Below, piece by piece: positions 1-8,724 of a stretch of 16,675 nucleotides of DNA. A program made the position numbers and the translations under genes. The DNA is from Azolla caroliniana (lineage: Eukaryota > Plantae > Polypodiophyta). The stretch spans positions 1-16,675 of the forward strand of contig JBHGNT010000730.1 in assembly GCA_043228905.1 (NCBI GenBank). Direction: 5' to 3'. Each line of letters starts with the position of its first letter. Within the stretch, counting starts at the first letter, position 1. The notes under the pieces are model-generated. The model had not been told where the DNA came from and searched no databases. It saw only the letters and a list, made by a program, of their open reading frames with translations.

Positions 1-1226
1 AATCTGGTTGAAGGGTGAGAGATTTCGGCTGGTGAGAAACCAGTCTCCAGTGATCCGCATCTCGGCTTGCTGCCGGTTTGATCCGTCGGCTTCGAGTCTT
101 CCTTCACGCTCGCCTCCCCGTAGGCTCATTCGACCCGTAGATGGGTTCTCTGCCGCGATCTCCGTAGTACGCGTACTTCCGTTGGCCCTTGTTCGGCCAT
201 ATGAACGCCCCGCTTCCCGCCGTATGCCCGATGTCCTCCGCTTGAGGCATGCCCGTAGTGGCCCGCTTGGCCTCCGTTGTCCAATCGCGATGTCCTGATG
301 GTCGTTCCATGTTGTTTCGCGTTGCCTTCGTCCTTTCGCCGCCACCTTCCTTCTCCACGGTCTTACATCGCCGCGTCGGCTCGAACCGCCATGGTCTCCG
401 GAATAGTGTGGAGGATCCCTTTCCGGCCTAATCGTGCATCTCCGCTCACCCGCATACCGGTATCCTTTGCATCCGAGGAGCACCCCGTAGTAGCCCGCTT
501 GGCCCTTCCAGTCTTCATGCCGTTGCAACAGGTCCCGAGTATTCCGCTTGTCGTTGTCCCCTCGCCCCACCAGCTTGTCACCCCAGGCTTGCCGTGTCAG
601 TCTTCGCTACTTCGACGGAGCTCCCGAGATCTACGAAGCGAGTGTGGAGGATCCTCCTCCGGCCTCTCTTGCCATCCCCTGACTCCGACCCTGTGCAGTC
701 CACTAGGCACTTGTCACCTCATTCCCGGTACCTCCCTTGTGCCGTCTTCCGCTTCCTTTGTTCGGCACCGCCCGTGCCGAACACTGTCCCGTAGTCATGC
801 TTCGACCCGGCCCGCGATGGCCACTTGCGAGACTCTTGTTCTGTCCAAGGTGTGCCTTTCCAGCCTGACACACCTCCCTGTGTTTGCCACTACTGACTCC
901 TTCCGAAACCTCGTGTCATCGGGTCCCGTTCCCTCCCGCCACCGTCCTTCTCCATCGGTCTTCCGTTGCCGCGTTGGCCGATCAGCCGGGGTCTCCGGAT
1001 CGGTGTGAGGGTCCCATAGGACCGGACTCCGTTTCTATGCTTGCCATAATTTGGGTCTCTTTTGTTTGAGTCCCTCCCGGACTCTCCTCGTGTCTTCCAC
1101 GTAGTCGGGTCCCGTTTCCCGCCGCCACCAACCTTCTCTCTCGGTCTCATGTTGCCACGTTGGTCGAACTGTCGGAGTCTCTGGTTAAGTGTGGGGATCC
1201 CGTAGGACTGGACTTCCTTACGCCCT

Positions 1227-1569
1227 TGCCTTCGTCACCTCGCCGCCGCCGTCAGTATCTTGGTCTTACGTCGACCGCGTTGCCGACTGCCGAAGTCTCT
1301 AGAACCAGTGTGAAGGATCCTTCGTAGACCGCCCATCCGTAGCCCCTATGCCTTCGTCACCTCGCCGCCACCGTCAGTATCTTGGTCTGACGTCGACCGC
1401 ATTGCCGACTGCCGAAGTCACTAGAACCGGTGTGAAGGATCCTCCGTAGACCGCCCATCCGTAGCCCCTTTGCCTTCGTCACCTCGCCGCCACCGTCAGT
1501 ATCTTGGTCTTACGTCGACCACGTTGCTGACTGCCGAAGTCTTTAGAACCGGTGTGAAGGATCCTCCGT
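1227..1569. repeat. Tandem repeat, 122-bp unit, ~2.8 copies
   Basis: TGCCTTCGTCACCTCGCCGCC starts at 1227, 1349 and 1471; the copies differ by a few substitutions. Confidence 0.95.
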
Positions 1570-1813
1570 GGGCCCGCGATTTGTCTTCCCGACCCTGTCC
1601 CGGGTCGTCCTTTTCCGCATGCCGAGAGGGCGGTTTACTCCGCACCCTCTCCCGTGGTACCGATGTACCGTGTCCTCTTTAGAACCGGTGTGAAGGATCC
1701 TCCGTGGGCCCGCGATTTGTCTTCCCGACCCTGTCCCGGGTCGTCCTTTTCCGCATGCCGAGAGGGCGGTTTACTCCGCACCCTCTCCCGTGGTACCGAC
1801 GTACCGTGTCCTC
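1540..1813. repeat. Tandem duplication, 136-bp unit, 2 near-identical copies
   Basis: TCTTTAGAACCGGTGTGAAGGATCC starts at 1540 and 1676; overlaps the end of the 122-bp array. Confidence 0.95.
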
Positions 1814-2931
1814 GGCCTCTTCGTAGGCTTGCTCTCTTCCTCCATCCCGGAATGGTCATCTGGGAGTCCGCTCCGCCCGGTTCTCACTCGTCCTTCTCCG
1901 TGTTGCCGGGTCCCGTTCTCCTGTCGCCACCGATCTCTCCTATAGGACTCATGCCGGCACTCGGGCCGACCGCCCGCTCTGTGCGAGGATCTCCGTAGGA
2001 CCGGCTTTCATTCTCCTTCCAACTCTCGACCTTCGCCTGGTCGGTCTTTCTCCCCATGTAAAAGAGGGTGGCTCGTCCCACACCCCCTTCCGTATCGGCA
2101 CTTTCACGCCGAATCCGACCCCGATCGAACGATCCACGAGCGGATCACGCTCCACCCGTATCGGAATGTCGATCTCCTCGTGCCGCGTCCGTCCTCGGCC
2201 TCCTCACAGGCCATTTCCCATCCGTCTTTGTTGGCATTGTGCCAGGACTCCTCGGTACCGCCATCCATCTCCTCGATCTTACATGAGCATACGGGCCCGA
2301 AGGCCGAGTTCTCCGGAATCCGGTCCATGGGCTTTCGTCCGTTCCTTCCCCGTATCGTCTCGCCGGTGATTCTTGGCCTTTCGCCGCCGCCTTCCTCCGC
2401 TTGGGACTCACGTGGGCACTCGGGCCCGACTGCCATCGTCTCGGGAGCAAGTGTGGGAAGACACAAAGAATCGCCCGTCCGTTTTATGCCCTTGTCCGTA
2501 GCCACCGACTCTTCGTGGTCGGCGGTCGTCTTCTTACCGATCGCGCAAGCCCCGTCTGGGCTTGCTTCTCCAATGACCGGTATCTCAGGCTAACACGCCC
2601 GAAACCGTTGGTCCCAACGTTCCGGTTTTGCGATCTGTAACTCAGCCTCGTCCTTGGCCGTTCTATCTCCGCAAGTTGAGAGGGCGTTTCGTTCCGCACC
2701 CTCTCCCATGGTACCGTCGTACCGATCTTCCGCTGTTGCGTGGGGCAAGTCCGTCTTCTCAGTCTCGGCTTGCGGCCTCCGTCTTTCCTCTTCCTCGAGC
2801 ATCGCCTCGAGAGCTGCATACGCCTCCGCAATCCTGGCCCCAACGCCGACCCTTGCCGACTCTCTTTGTCGTTCGGCCTCTTCCCGCTGTGATGGCACGC
2901 CGTCGCGTACCTTCCTCTTAGCCTTCTCGGC

Positions 2932-3543
2932 TCACTCGTTTTCCAGCCGTTGGCACACCCTTCCGACCTTCGACCAGTCCTCCGTAAGCCCATTCGCTCC
3001 ATCATCATCTTCGAGCTCAATCCCGATGGCCTCCCGTTCCGCTCGGTCGATCGACCTGACGAACAATAGGACCTTGTCTGCCCCCACCAAACCTTGTTCC
3101 CGCTCCGGGAGCCGAGCAAGCCGCCGCTCGAACTCTCGAAACGCCTTGGCAGCACCCCGGTGGGTCTTTGCCAATGCTACCCATTGGTCGAAGTCGTGCC
3201 GTCCCCGGCTCTTCTGCCGTCCTCCGTATGCCTTCAGGAGCGCCTCTTCGAAGGCCTCCCACGAACTATGAGCCTCACGGAGCTCCTTTATTTCCGCATG
3301 CATCCAGACAGCCACGACCCGACAAAAGAACTCCAGCCTTAACGCCTCGTCTACGCCACGCTCCTCCATTTCCGCGTTGTAGGCTTCCAAGTAAGATGGG
3401 ACTTTGTCCCCGTTGAAACGGCCGACTCTTTCGACCACTCGCTCAGCCGCTTGTTGCGCTGCTTCTCGCCTCATCACCACTCGTGCCGACTCCAACACCA
3501 CTTCGGCCACCATCTCCGCAAGGTCGTCATCTTCCGACTCCAT
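2932..3543 (-). CDS. gag: Retrotransposon Gag N-terminal (capsid-like) domain of element A, ending at a probably premature TGA
   Basis: GRFNGDKVPSYLEAYNAEM...WEAFEEALLKAY...FREFERRLARL...DKVLLFVRSID...GLTEDWSKV aligns colinearly with element D GRFNGRDITSYLDAYKAEM...WVEFEERLLEKY...LQEFEKRFAQL...SKVLLFIKTID...GLTTDWAMV. Confidence 0.85.
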   Translation of the reverse strand: MESEDDDLAEMVAEVVLESARVVMRREAAQQAAERVVERVGRFNGDKVPSYLEAYNAEMEERGVDEALRLEFFCRVVAVWMHAEIKELREAHSSWEAFEEALLKAYGGRQKSRGRHDFDQWVALAKTHRGAAKAFREFERRLARLPEREQGLVGADKVLLFVRSIDRAEREAIGIELEDDDGANGLTEDWSKVGRVCQRLENE

Positions 3544-3558
3544 CCTCCCTTGCCGCCT

Positions 3559-3576
3559 TTCACGTCAAGTTCACCA
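3559..3576 (-). promoter_or_regulatory. Primer-binding site of element A, tRNA-Trp type (2 mismatches)
   Basis: Minus strand TGGTGAACTTGACGTGAA, 4 nt after the LTR end ...CGCGACA. It is 16/18 identical to the PBS of element D; both differences are C>T. Confidence 0.85.
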
Positions 3577-3710
3577 AATATGTCGCGTTGTTACGTGCGT
3601 GCGTGGAGAAAGGCGGGACCACGGGGGTCTTGGACTAGGGAGTGATGGAGCGTAGGAAGTCGTGCTTCACCGTCTCCGGGGCATCCCAGAAGCACACCGG
3701 AAGCAACCGA

Positions 3711-4069
3711 AGAGAGAGAGAGAGAGAGAGAGAGTGTGTGTTTAACACCGACTCACGCACACACACCCACACACACACACACACCAACCCGACTCACACC
3801 CTTAAGTACACGAAATGCAGGAAGGGGGAAGCACCTGACACCAACGAAGACGCGAATATACACAGACAGACGCAAACGTATATATATATATATAAAAGAA
3901 GAATACATTCCCGGCGTTGAGCCGGACCAAGATAGCTTACAATAGTCGTCTGTTGTCAAGCCGCCGTCGGGGAGCTCTCGGGCCCATCGCGCCGAGCAGG
4001 GTCTTGCACAGGAGGCCGAGCCGAAGCAAACCCTAAGTAAATCGCGAAGGGGAAGAAGAAGAAGAAGAA
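3711..4069. repeat. Microsatellite cluster in LTR A: (AG)12 at 3711-3734, imperfect (CA)n ~3758-3784, (TA)8 at 3879-3894, (GAA)6 at 4052-4069
   Basis: Read directly from the sequence. Confidence 0.95.
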
Positions 4070-4149
4070 ACAGAAACACTAACCATAGACTAACGGTATA
4101 CCCTCTAACGCAAAAATGGGCAACCCTTTCACAAAGGGTGTTCCCTTCC

Positions 4150-4156
4150 TTTTATA
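4150..4156 (-). promoter_or_regulatory. Candidate TATA box of LTR A
   Basis: TCTATAAAAGGA on the minus strand, ~200 bp from the LTR start; the same CTATAAAAGGA context occurs in the solo LTR and in LTR D. Confidence 0.6.
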
Positions 4157-4357
4157 GAACCAGGACAGGGATGCGTTACAATGTGGGATAAACCCAGACT
4201 TACATGGGACCGTCTGTCCCGACTTGACTACTCTTCGGCGCCATAAAGGCGGCCTCGTTATTCACACTAAATGTACAAGGGTGGGCACACACGCTGCACC
4301 CCGCCGATGCAGCCAATGTTTCCCGGTTTCCGCCTCTGGCCAAAATTCTTCACGACA

Positions 4358-5268
4358 ACGTCGATTTCAAACAGTGGAATGATCCGTGGGTGCTCATCTA
4401 GGTATGCCTCTAATTCTACATCCTCCACCCCAGCCAGCATATTTATATCTTCTGCGTATAATGGTGTTATACACTTGGGTTGTGGCGTGCTTCCTTCCGT
4501 AGGTACGCGAACCTTGGTGCGTCCGTGGCGGAAACTGATTCACTTGTGTTGCCAGCTCTGCTTGATATTTGCTGCCCGAAGCCATGGTCTGCCTAGAAGC
4601 ACTGGGTACGCCCCTAGGGCATCCAAAGCGAGGACGACCGTCGAGATGTCGAAGCGGTGTCCGCCCACGATAATGCCTATTTTGCGAATTAACCCTAATG
4701 GTCATATTGAGCGGGTATCTGCCATTCGGAGCCAGAATGGGCAAGCCTCCCATTCTGAAATGCCTAACTACTCGCAAGTTTTCGCGCTAATTACATTGAC
4801 GCCCGAGCCGCCGTCGATTACGCATCCATTTATTTCCTGTCCGTGTAATATTAATGTAATAGCCGGGTTGTGTTGATCCACTACCAGCGGTCCGTCGCTA
4901 ACGTTTGTAAGGTTTGTAGCGACACTCACCCCGGGTATGCCTATCACCCGTTCTTCCATGGTTTGGCAGAAGCGTGGGACTAGCTACAGCAGTTTCTCCA
5001 TGGTTAACGTTATCTCACAGCCCGCTAACGCCTGCCAAATGGGGTCCGAGACCTGTCTTTCGTCCTCTGCTCGCTCCATTGTGTTCGCGGACTCCTTCCG
5101 CATGCGTTCCGTATTTGTCACGTTTGCTTTTTCCACCCATGCTTGGGCTTGTCGGCGTATCTCGTCTTGCGCAACCCAATCAGCCGTTTTTGTTTGTTGG
5201 CGTGTCGTGACTTGCTACACTTCCGCCGTAATCGTATTGACAGCGGGCCCCTTTCCCTTGCGTGTTGG
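4358..5268 (-). pseudogene. pol: Element B post-Gag linker and retropepsin-like aspartic protease, with stops
   Basis: One frame with several stops: ...GCVIDGGSGVNVISAKTCE*LGISEWEACPFWLRMADTRSI*PLGLIRKIGIIVGGHRFDISTVVLALDALGAYPVLLGRPWLRAANIKQSWQ... DGGS and LLGRPWL are typical of Gypsy proteases. Confidence 0.9.
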
Positions 5269-6365
5269 GCATTGTGTGGCATAATGTCTGGGCTACTGAC
5301 AAATAAAACAATGGAGCTTGATTCACCTTTCTCGGCTCCTGGTGGTGTGTGTCGCTCCCCTGGTGCTACTTGCTCCTTGCGGTCCAGCTCGTTTGTCAGA
5401 ACGTACGCGGTGGTTGTTGTTGGTCCCGTCGTTGTTCCTGGTGTCGCTCATCTCCCGAGCTTTCGTCGTAACGCCGGTGATCTCGATATTGTCGTGGCTT
5501 ACCACGATAACCATTGAAGCCACCCCGTTTGTTTGTCGGCCGGTGATTCTCGTAGTGCCGACCCCCTTTAGCATAACTCGGATGTCCACGATAATCCTCG
5601 TCCTCTAGTTCGTCCTCCTCGGAATCGTTGTGATTTTGGCGATTCCGGTGGTGCCGGTCATCTCGTGGGTTGCGATCCCTATACCGTGGCCAGTCTTCTT
5701 GCCTCCTTTGTTTAGTCCGGTGTGGTGGACGTTGGGTGTCCATGCTGCGGACTGCGGGAGTGGCTCTGTTCAACATATTGTATTCGCATTGGTTGACTGT
5801 GTGAGCCTTCGAGTGGCAGATTGGGCAGTGGATTTGCATATTGCACTCCACTGCGGAATGCCCCAAGTTCAAGCTAATCGTGCACTGGATTGCTTGACGA
5901 AATTGGCGTTCCTCGTCCTGGGGTAACGCTTGTCGTGAGGACATAGAAAACCTTTCCTCCTCATCGTCCAACTCGAGCTGTAACGCTCATTCAGTGACCA
6001 TATCCACCGTTTCCCCTTTCACGCTATTGTGGTTGAGCGTTGCTCGGATGGGTCAGTGTAATGCTGCTAGAAATGTTTCTCGAGCCTTGTCCGAGGATTT
6101 CGCGTTGTGGAACCCTCCGATGGAAGAACCGCAAGAAAGCGGACTGCAGTTGATCGAAGGTTGTTATTGTTGGTAAATCCATTTGTGAATGCCAAAACGC
6201 CGCTCACCCATCCAATCTTAACCCAAACTCTGTCATTTTCGACTGGTGCACTACCGCCTCTGAAAGGCTCTGTGCCATGTGGTTCGCATTACAGACATTA
6301 AGGAACATGCGAATATGAGTTGCGGCGTCGGTTTCGCCGTTAAAGCGGGGGTAGGCAAAGGCCAT
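5269..6365 (-). pseudogene. gag: Element B gag (retrotransposon gag domain plus three CCHC zinc knuckles), disrupted
   Basis: Hand translation from 6365: MAFAYPRFNGETDAATHIRMF...EFGLRLDG*AAFWHSQM...TFDQLQSAFLRFF. Knuckles: CTISLNLGHSAVEC and CPICHSKAHTVNQC (5786-5884) and CFICQ*PRHYATQC (5269-5310). The true start may lie further upstream. Confidence 0.85.
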
Positions 6366-6635
6366 GCTGGGGGCGACGGCGGGTTGGGAAAGACCACAGG
6401 GTGGCTTTGGTGAGCGTAGTCCCCGCGTCTCGTCGAGGTATTGGGAGAGTGAAGAATCACCTTTGTAATCACGACAGGTAGTACTGAGGTTGCTGAGGCG
6501 AGGCTTTTGCCGTGCGCGTTCTTCTGCCTGGCGTGTGACGAACCTTGTTATTGGCCGGTCTTGTCATGTTGGTTCCCTAGGGTGTCTGCGTCTAAACATC
6601 CATTCGTCGTTGCTCGTCTGTGAGAAGACACTGAT

Positions 6636-6649
6636 CACCAAGCGGGCCA
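6636..6649 (-). promoter_or_regulatory. Degenerate primer-binding site of element B, probably tRNA-Arg type
   Basis: TGGCCCGCTTGGTG, 4 nt after the LTR end ...CCGAAACA. It resembles TGGCACGCCTGGTG, the complement of a plant tRNA-Arg 3' end as I recall it (12/14). Confidence 0.6.
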
Positions 6650-6653
6650 AAAG

Positions 6654-7090
6654 TGTTTCGGATTAAGAACACGGTCCGTGGTCAGTCCTTCGACCTAGAC
6701 CTCCAAGTGGTTGTGGAACAACGAACAGGCGTTTATGCGTGATGCGTAGGGGAATGTTCCCTGTAACCTATCAGCATATAAGGGAGACGGCTACAACCGA
6801 CTCCTTAGCAAGGGTTACACTTACGTTCTTACACGCTCAAGTGTTCCAGACACACAGTGGATTAGCCATAGCTATACACAGACTTTCAGAGAAGATGGAA
6901 TTCTATTATGATACGTTTCCTTACATTCCAAAATTACACGCACCCTCTATCAGAGGTTTTCTTCCCTTTATATACGCAGGGTCTATCTAGCCGTTCACGC
7001 TTCCTACGTGAACCGTTACATGCGTTATGATCTTATATTATTGCTTATTCCTATGCTCTTGTCCGTCGGTTACTATTCCGGCGGACAACA
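6654..7090 (-). repeat. 5' LTR of element B (437 bp)
   Basis: Termini TGTT...AACA, TATATAAAGG near 6965-6974 (minus), PBS adjacent. The right edge abuts the last codons of the Copia RNase H. Confidence 0.8.
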
Positions 7091-7613
7091 ATTAGTCCAA
7101 GGTCTGACATGAATTGCCGAATCTTGTCGGCTCTTGGGGCTTTGTGAAGATGTCGGTCGTCTATAGATTTGTGTTGATGTGTTGAAGGTCGATATCTCCA
7201 GCCTGAACGCGCTCTTGACTGAAGTGATAGTGCACTTCCATATGTTTTGTGCGTGCGTGGAACACCGGGTTCAAAGCCAGATGAATACTACTCATGTTGT
7301 CGTAGTAAAGGGGAGTCGGATCCTTGATGGGAACGCCCAGATCCTTTAAAATCCTCTTGAGCCATACGGCTTCACATGCAACCACCGTCGCGCCCCTATA
7401 TTCGGCCTCTGTGCTCGAAAGAGCGACGGTTGGTTGCTTCTTGCTACTCCAAGAGATGGCTCCACTTCTAAGGGAGAAAACAAATCCGGAGGTCGACCGT
7501 CGGTCGGCTCTGTAACCGGCCCAGTCGGCATCTGTGTACCCTTCGAATCGAATTGGCATTGTCTTCTTGTATAGAATGCCACAGTTCATTGTGCCACTCA
7601 TGTATCGTAACAC
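7091..7613 (-). pseudogene. pol: Copia RT C-terminus and RNase H
   Basis: YTDADWAG...RRSTSG...ISWSSKKQPTVALSSTEAEY...NPVFHARTKHMEVHYHF, then *TTDIFTK and, after a 1-nt frameshift, DKIRQFMSDLGL. Confidence 0.97.
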
Positions 7614-8620
7614 TCACTTAGTGCAACCCAAGTGAATGTCACATGGTTTTTGCATAAATTGGCTAAGGAGACAAATCGGGTAGCTAAGGTCGGATCGAGC
7701 GATTATGAGACTGATGAGGCTCTCGATCAATTGTGAATACTGAGTCAGCTCGCACTCTTTTGTGCCAGAGTTGGCATCCAGTTTGAGGTTTCGATCAAGA
7801 GGGGTTGCCACAAATTTACACTCAATCATCCCGAACTTGTATAACAACTTAAGGATGTAGTGTCGTTAAGAGATCATAATGCCAACTGGAGTTCGAATTA
7901 CTTCAATACATAGGAAGTAAGGAAGCTCTTTCATGTCCGTCATCTTGAATTTGCCGGAGAGGAGGAACTTGACCTTGTTGATGTCGACCAAACTTTCACC
8001 TCCAATGACCAAATCATCCACGTATAGGATGATGAAAACCGGACTTCCAAAATCGCTTCTTATGTAGAGGGAGTTGTCGGATTTCGACATTCTAAAGCCG
8101 ATTCGATTAAGAATTTGTGTTATCTTCGAGTGCCAAGAACAGGGGCTTCTTTAGTCGGTAGACTGCTTTCGGATGGATGTTGGATTCGAAGCTAGGTGGT
8201 TGTACCATGTACACCTCCTCTTCTAATTCGCCTTGAAGAAAGGCGTTGTTGACGTCCATTTGATGGAGGTGCCACCCTTTCGCCGCCACAACTGCAATCA
8301 CAGTTCGCACAGTGATCATCTTCGCCACCAAGGCAAAGGTCTCTTCATAGTCGACTCCATGTGTTTCTATGTATCCTCTGGCTACGAGTCGGGCTTTGCA
8401 GTGGTGGATGGAGCCATCGGCATTATACTTCACTTTGTAAATCCATCTGCAACCGATAACTTTTTGTGTGGTGAGTGGGGAACGAGATCCCATGTCTCAT
8501 TCTTGCATAGTGCCCCCATCTCTTCGTTCATTGCTTCGACCTATCGTGGATCCTTGGCTACCTCAGAAAAACTTTCCGGTTCTCGAACTACTACCACCTT
8601 CATCATAAAGGCATAGTGGT
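7614..8620 (-). pseudogene. pol: Copia reverse transcriptase (RVT_2 type), fragmented
   Basis: EPESFSE, IGCRWIYKVKYNADGS...KARLVARGY...GVDYEETF...LHQMDVNNAFLQGELEEEVYMVQP, ILYVDDLVI. The YGLKQAPR motif is deleted near 8140. Confidence 0.97.
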
Positions 8621-8724
8621 ATGCCATATAGTCGTTGTAGCCGAATCGGCTAACCGGATTCTTCTCTTGGGTGGAGCAACAAAGTTTCTCATTCGCCGAT
8701 GTGAGTGCTTTCTTAACTTGGGGT

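Larger units (their letters stand above)
1..2931 (-). pseudogene. Degenerate E/G/R-rich C-terminal extension of element A gag; no zinc knuckle, protease or RT motif seen
   Basis: ORFs 2590..2898 and 2104..2505 are in the same frame as gag 2932..3543, separated by single stops. Later fragments (1884..2081, 890..1150, 363..581, 104..358) are frameshifted but share peptides PETMAV, EKxGGG and AKRATTG. Confidence 0.6.
1..4357 (-). mobile_element. Element A: Ty3/Gypsy-type LTR retroelement (5' LTR, tRNA-Trp PBS, gag N-terminal domain, long repetitive extension); runs off the left edge
   Basis: On the minus strand the order is LTR (TGTCGTG...CGCGACA), PBS, then an ATG 15 nt later opening a Gag-like ORF that aligns by eye with the Gag of element D. 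It interrupts the reading frame of element B at ...PLFEID (4357/4358). Confidence 0.85.
3581..4357 (-). repeat. 5' LTR of element A (777 bp)
   Basis: Inverted termini TGTCGTG/CGCGACA, adjacent PBS, internal TATAAAA (4150-4156, minus). The right boundary is where element B coding sequence resumes. The partner LTR is not in the window. Confidence 0.8.
4358..7090 (-). mobile_element. Element B: decayed Ty3/Gypsy LTR retrotransposon, 5' part (LTR, PBS, gag, protease), truncated by insertion of element A
   Basis: LTR TGTT...AACA, PBS, retrotransposon gag, CCHC knuckles and the aspartic protease motif IDGGSGVN in canonical order; many in-frame stops. Confidence 0.9.

Noticed and set aside
277-3655. 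Plus-strand S/P/R-rich ORFs (277..1008, 2654..3271 and others) as antisense genes
   Set aside because: They are shadows of the GC-rich, purine-biased minus-strand gag frame; no recognisable motifs.
3981-4036. Site II (TGGGCC) and telo-box (AAACCCTAA) motifs in LTR A
   Set aside because: Short motifs expected by chance, lying downstream of the candidate TATA; no independent support.
4173-4180. GCGTTACA (TGTAACGC on minus) as the start of LTR A
   Set aside because: Element B coding similarity stops at 4358, not 4181, and the 4351-4357 terminus is the inverted match of the other LTR end.
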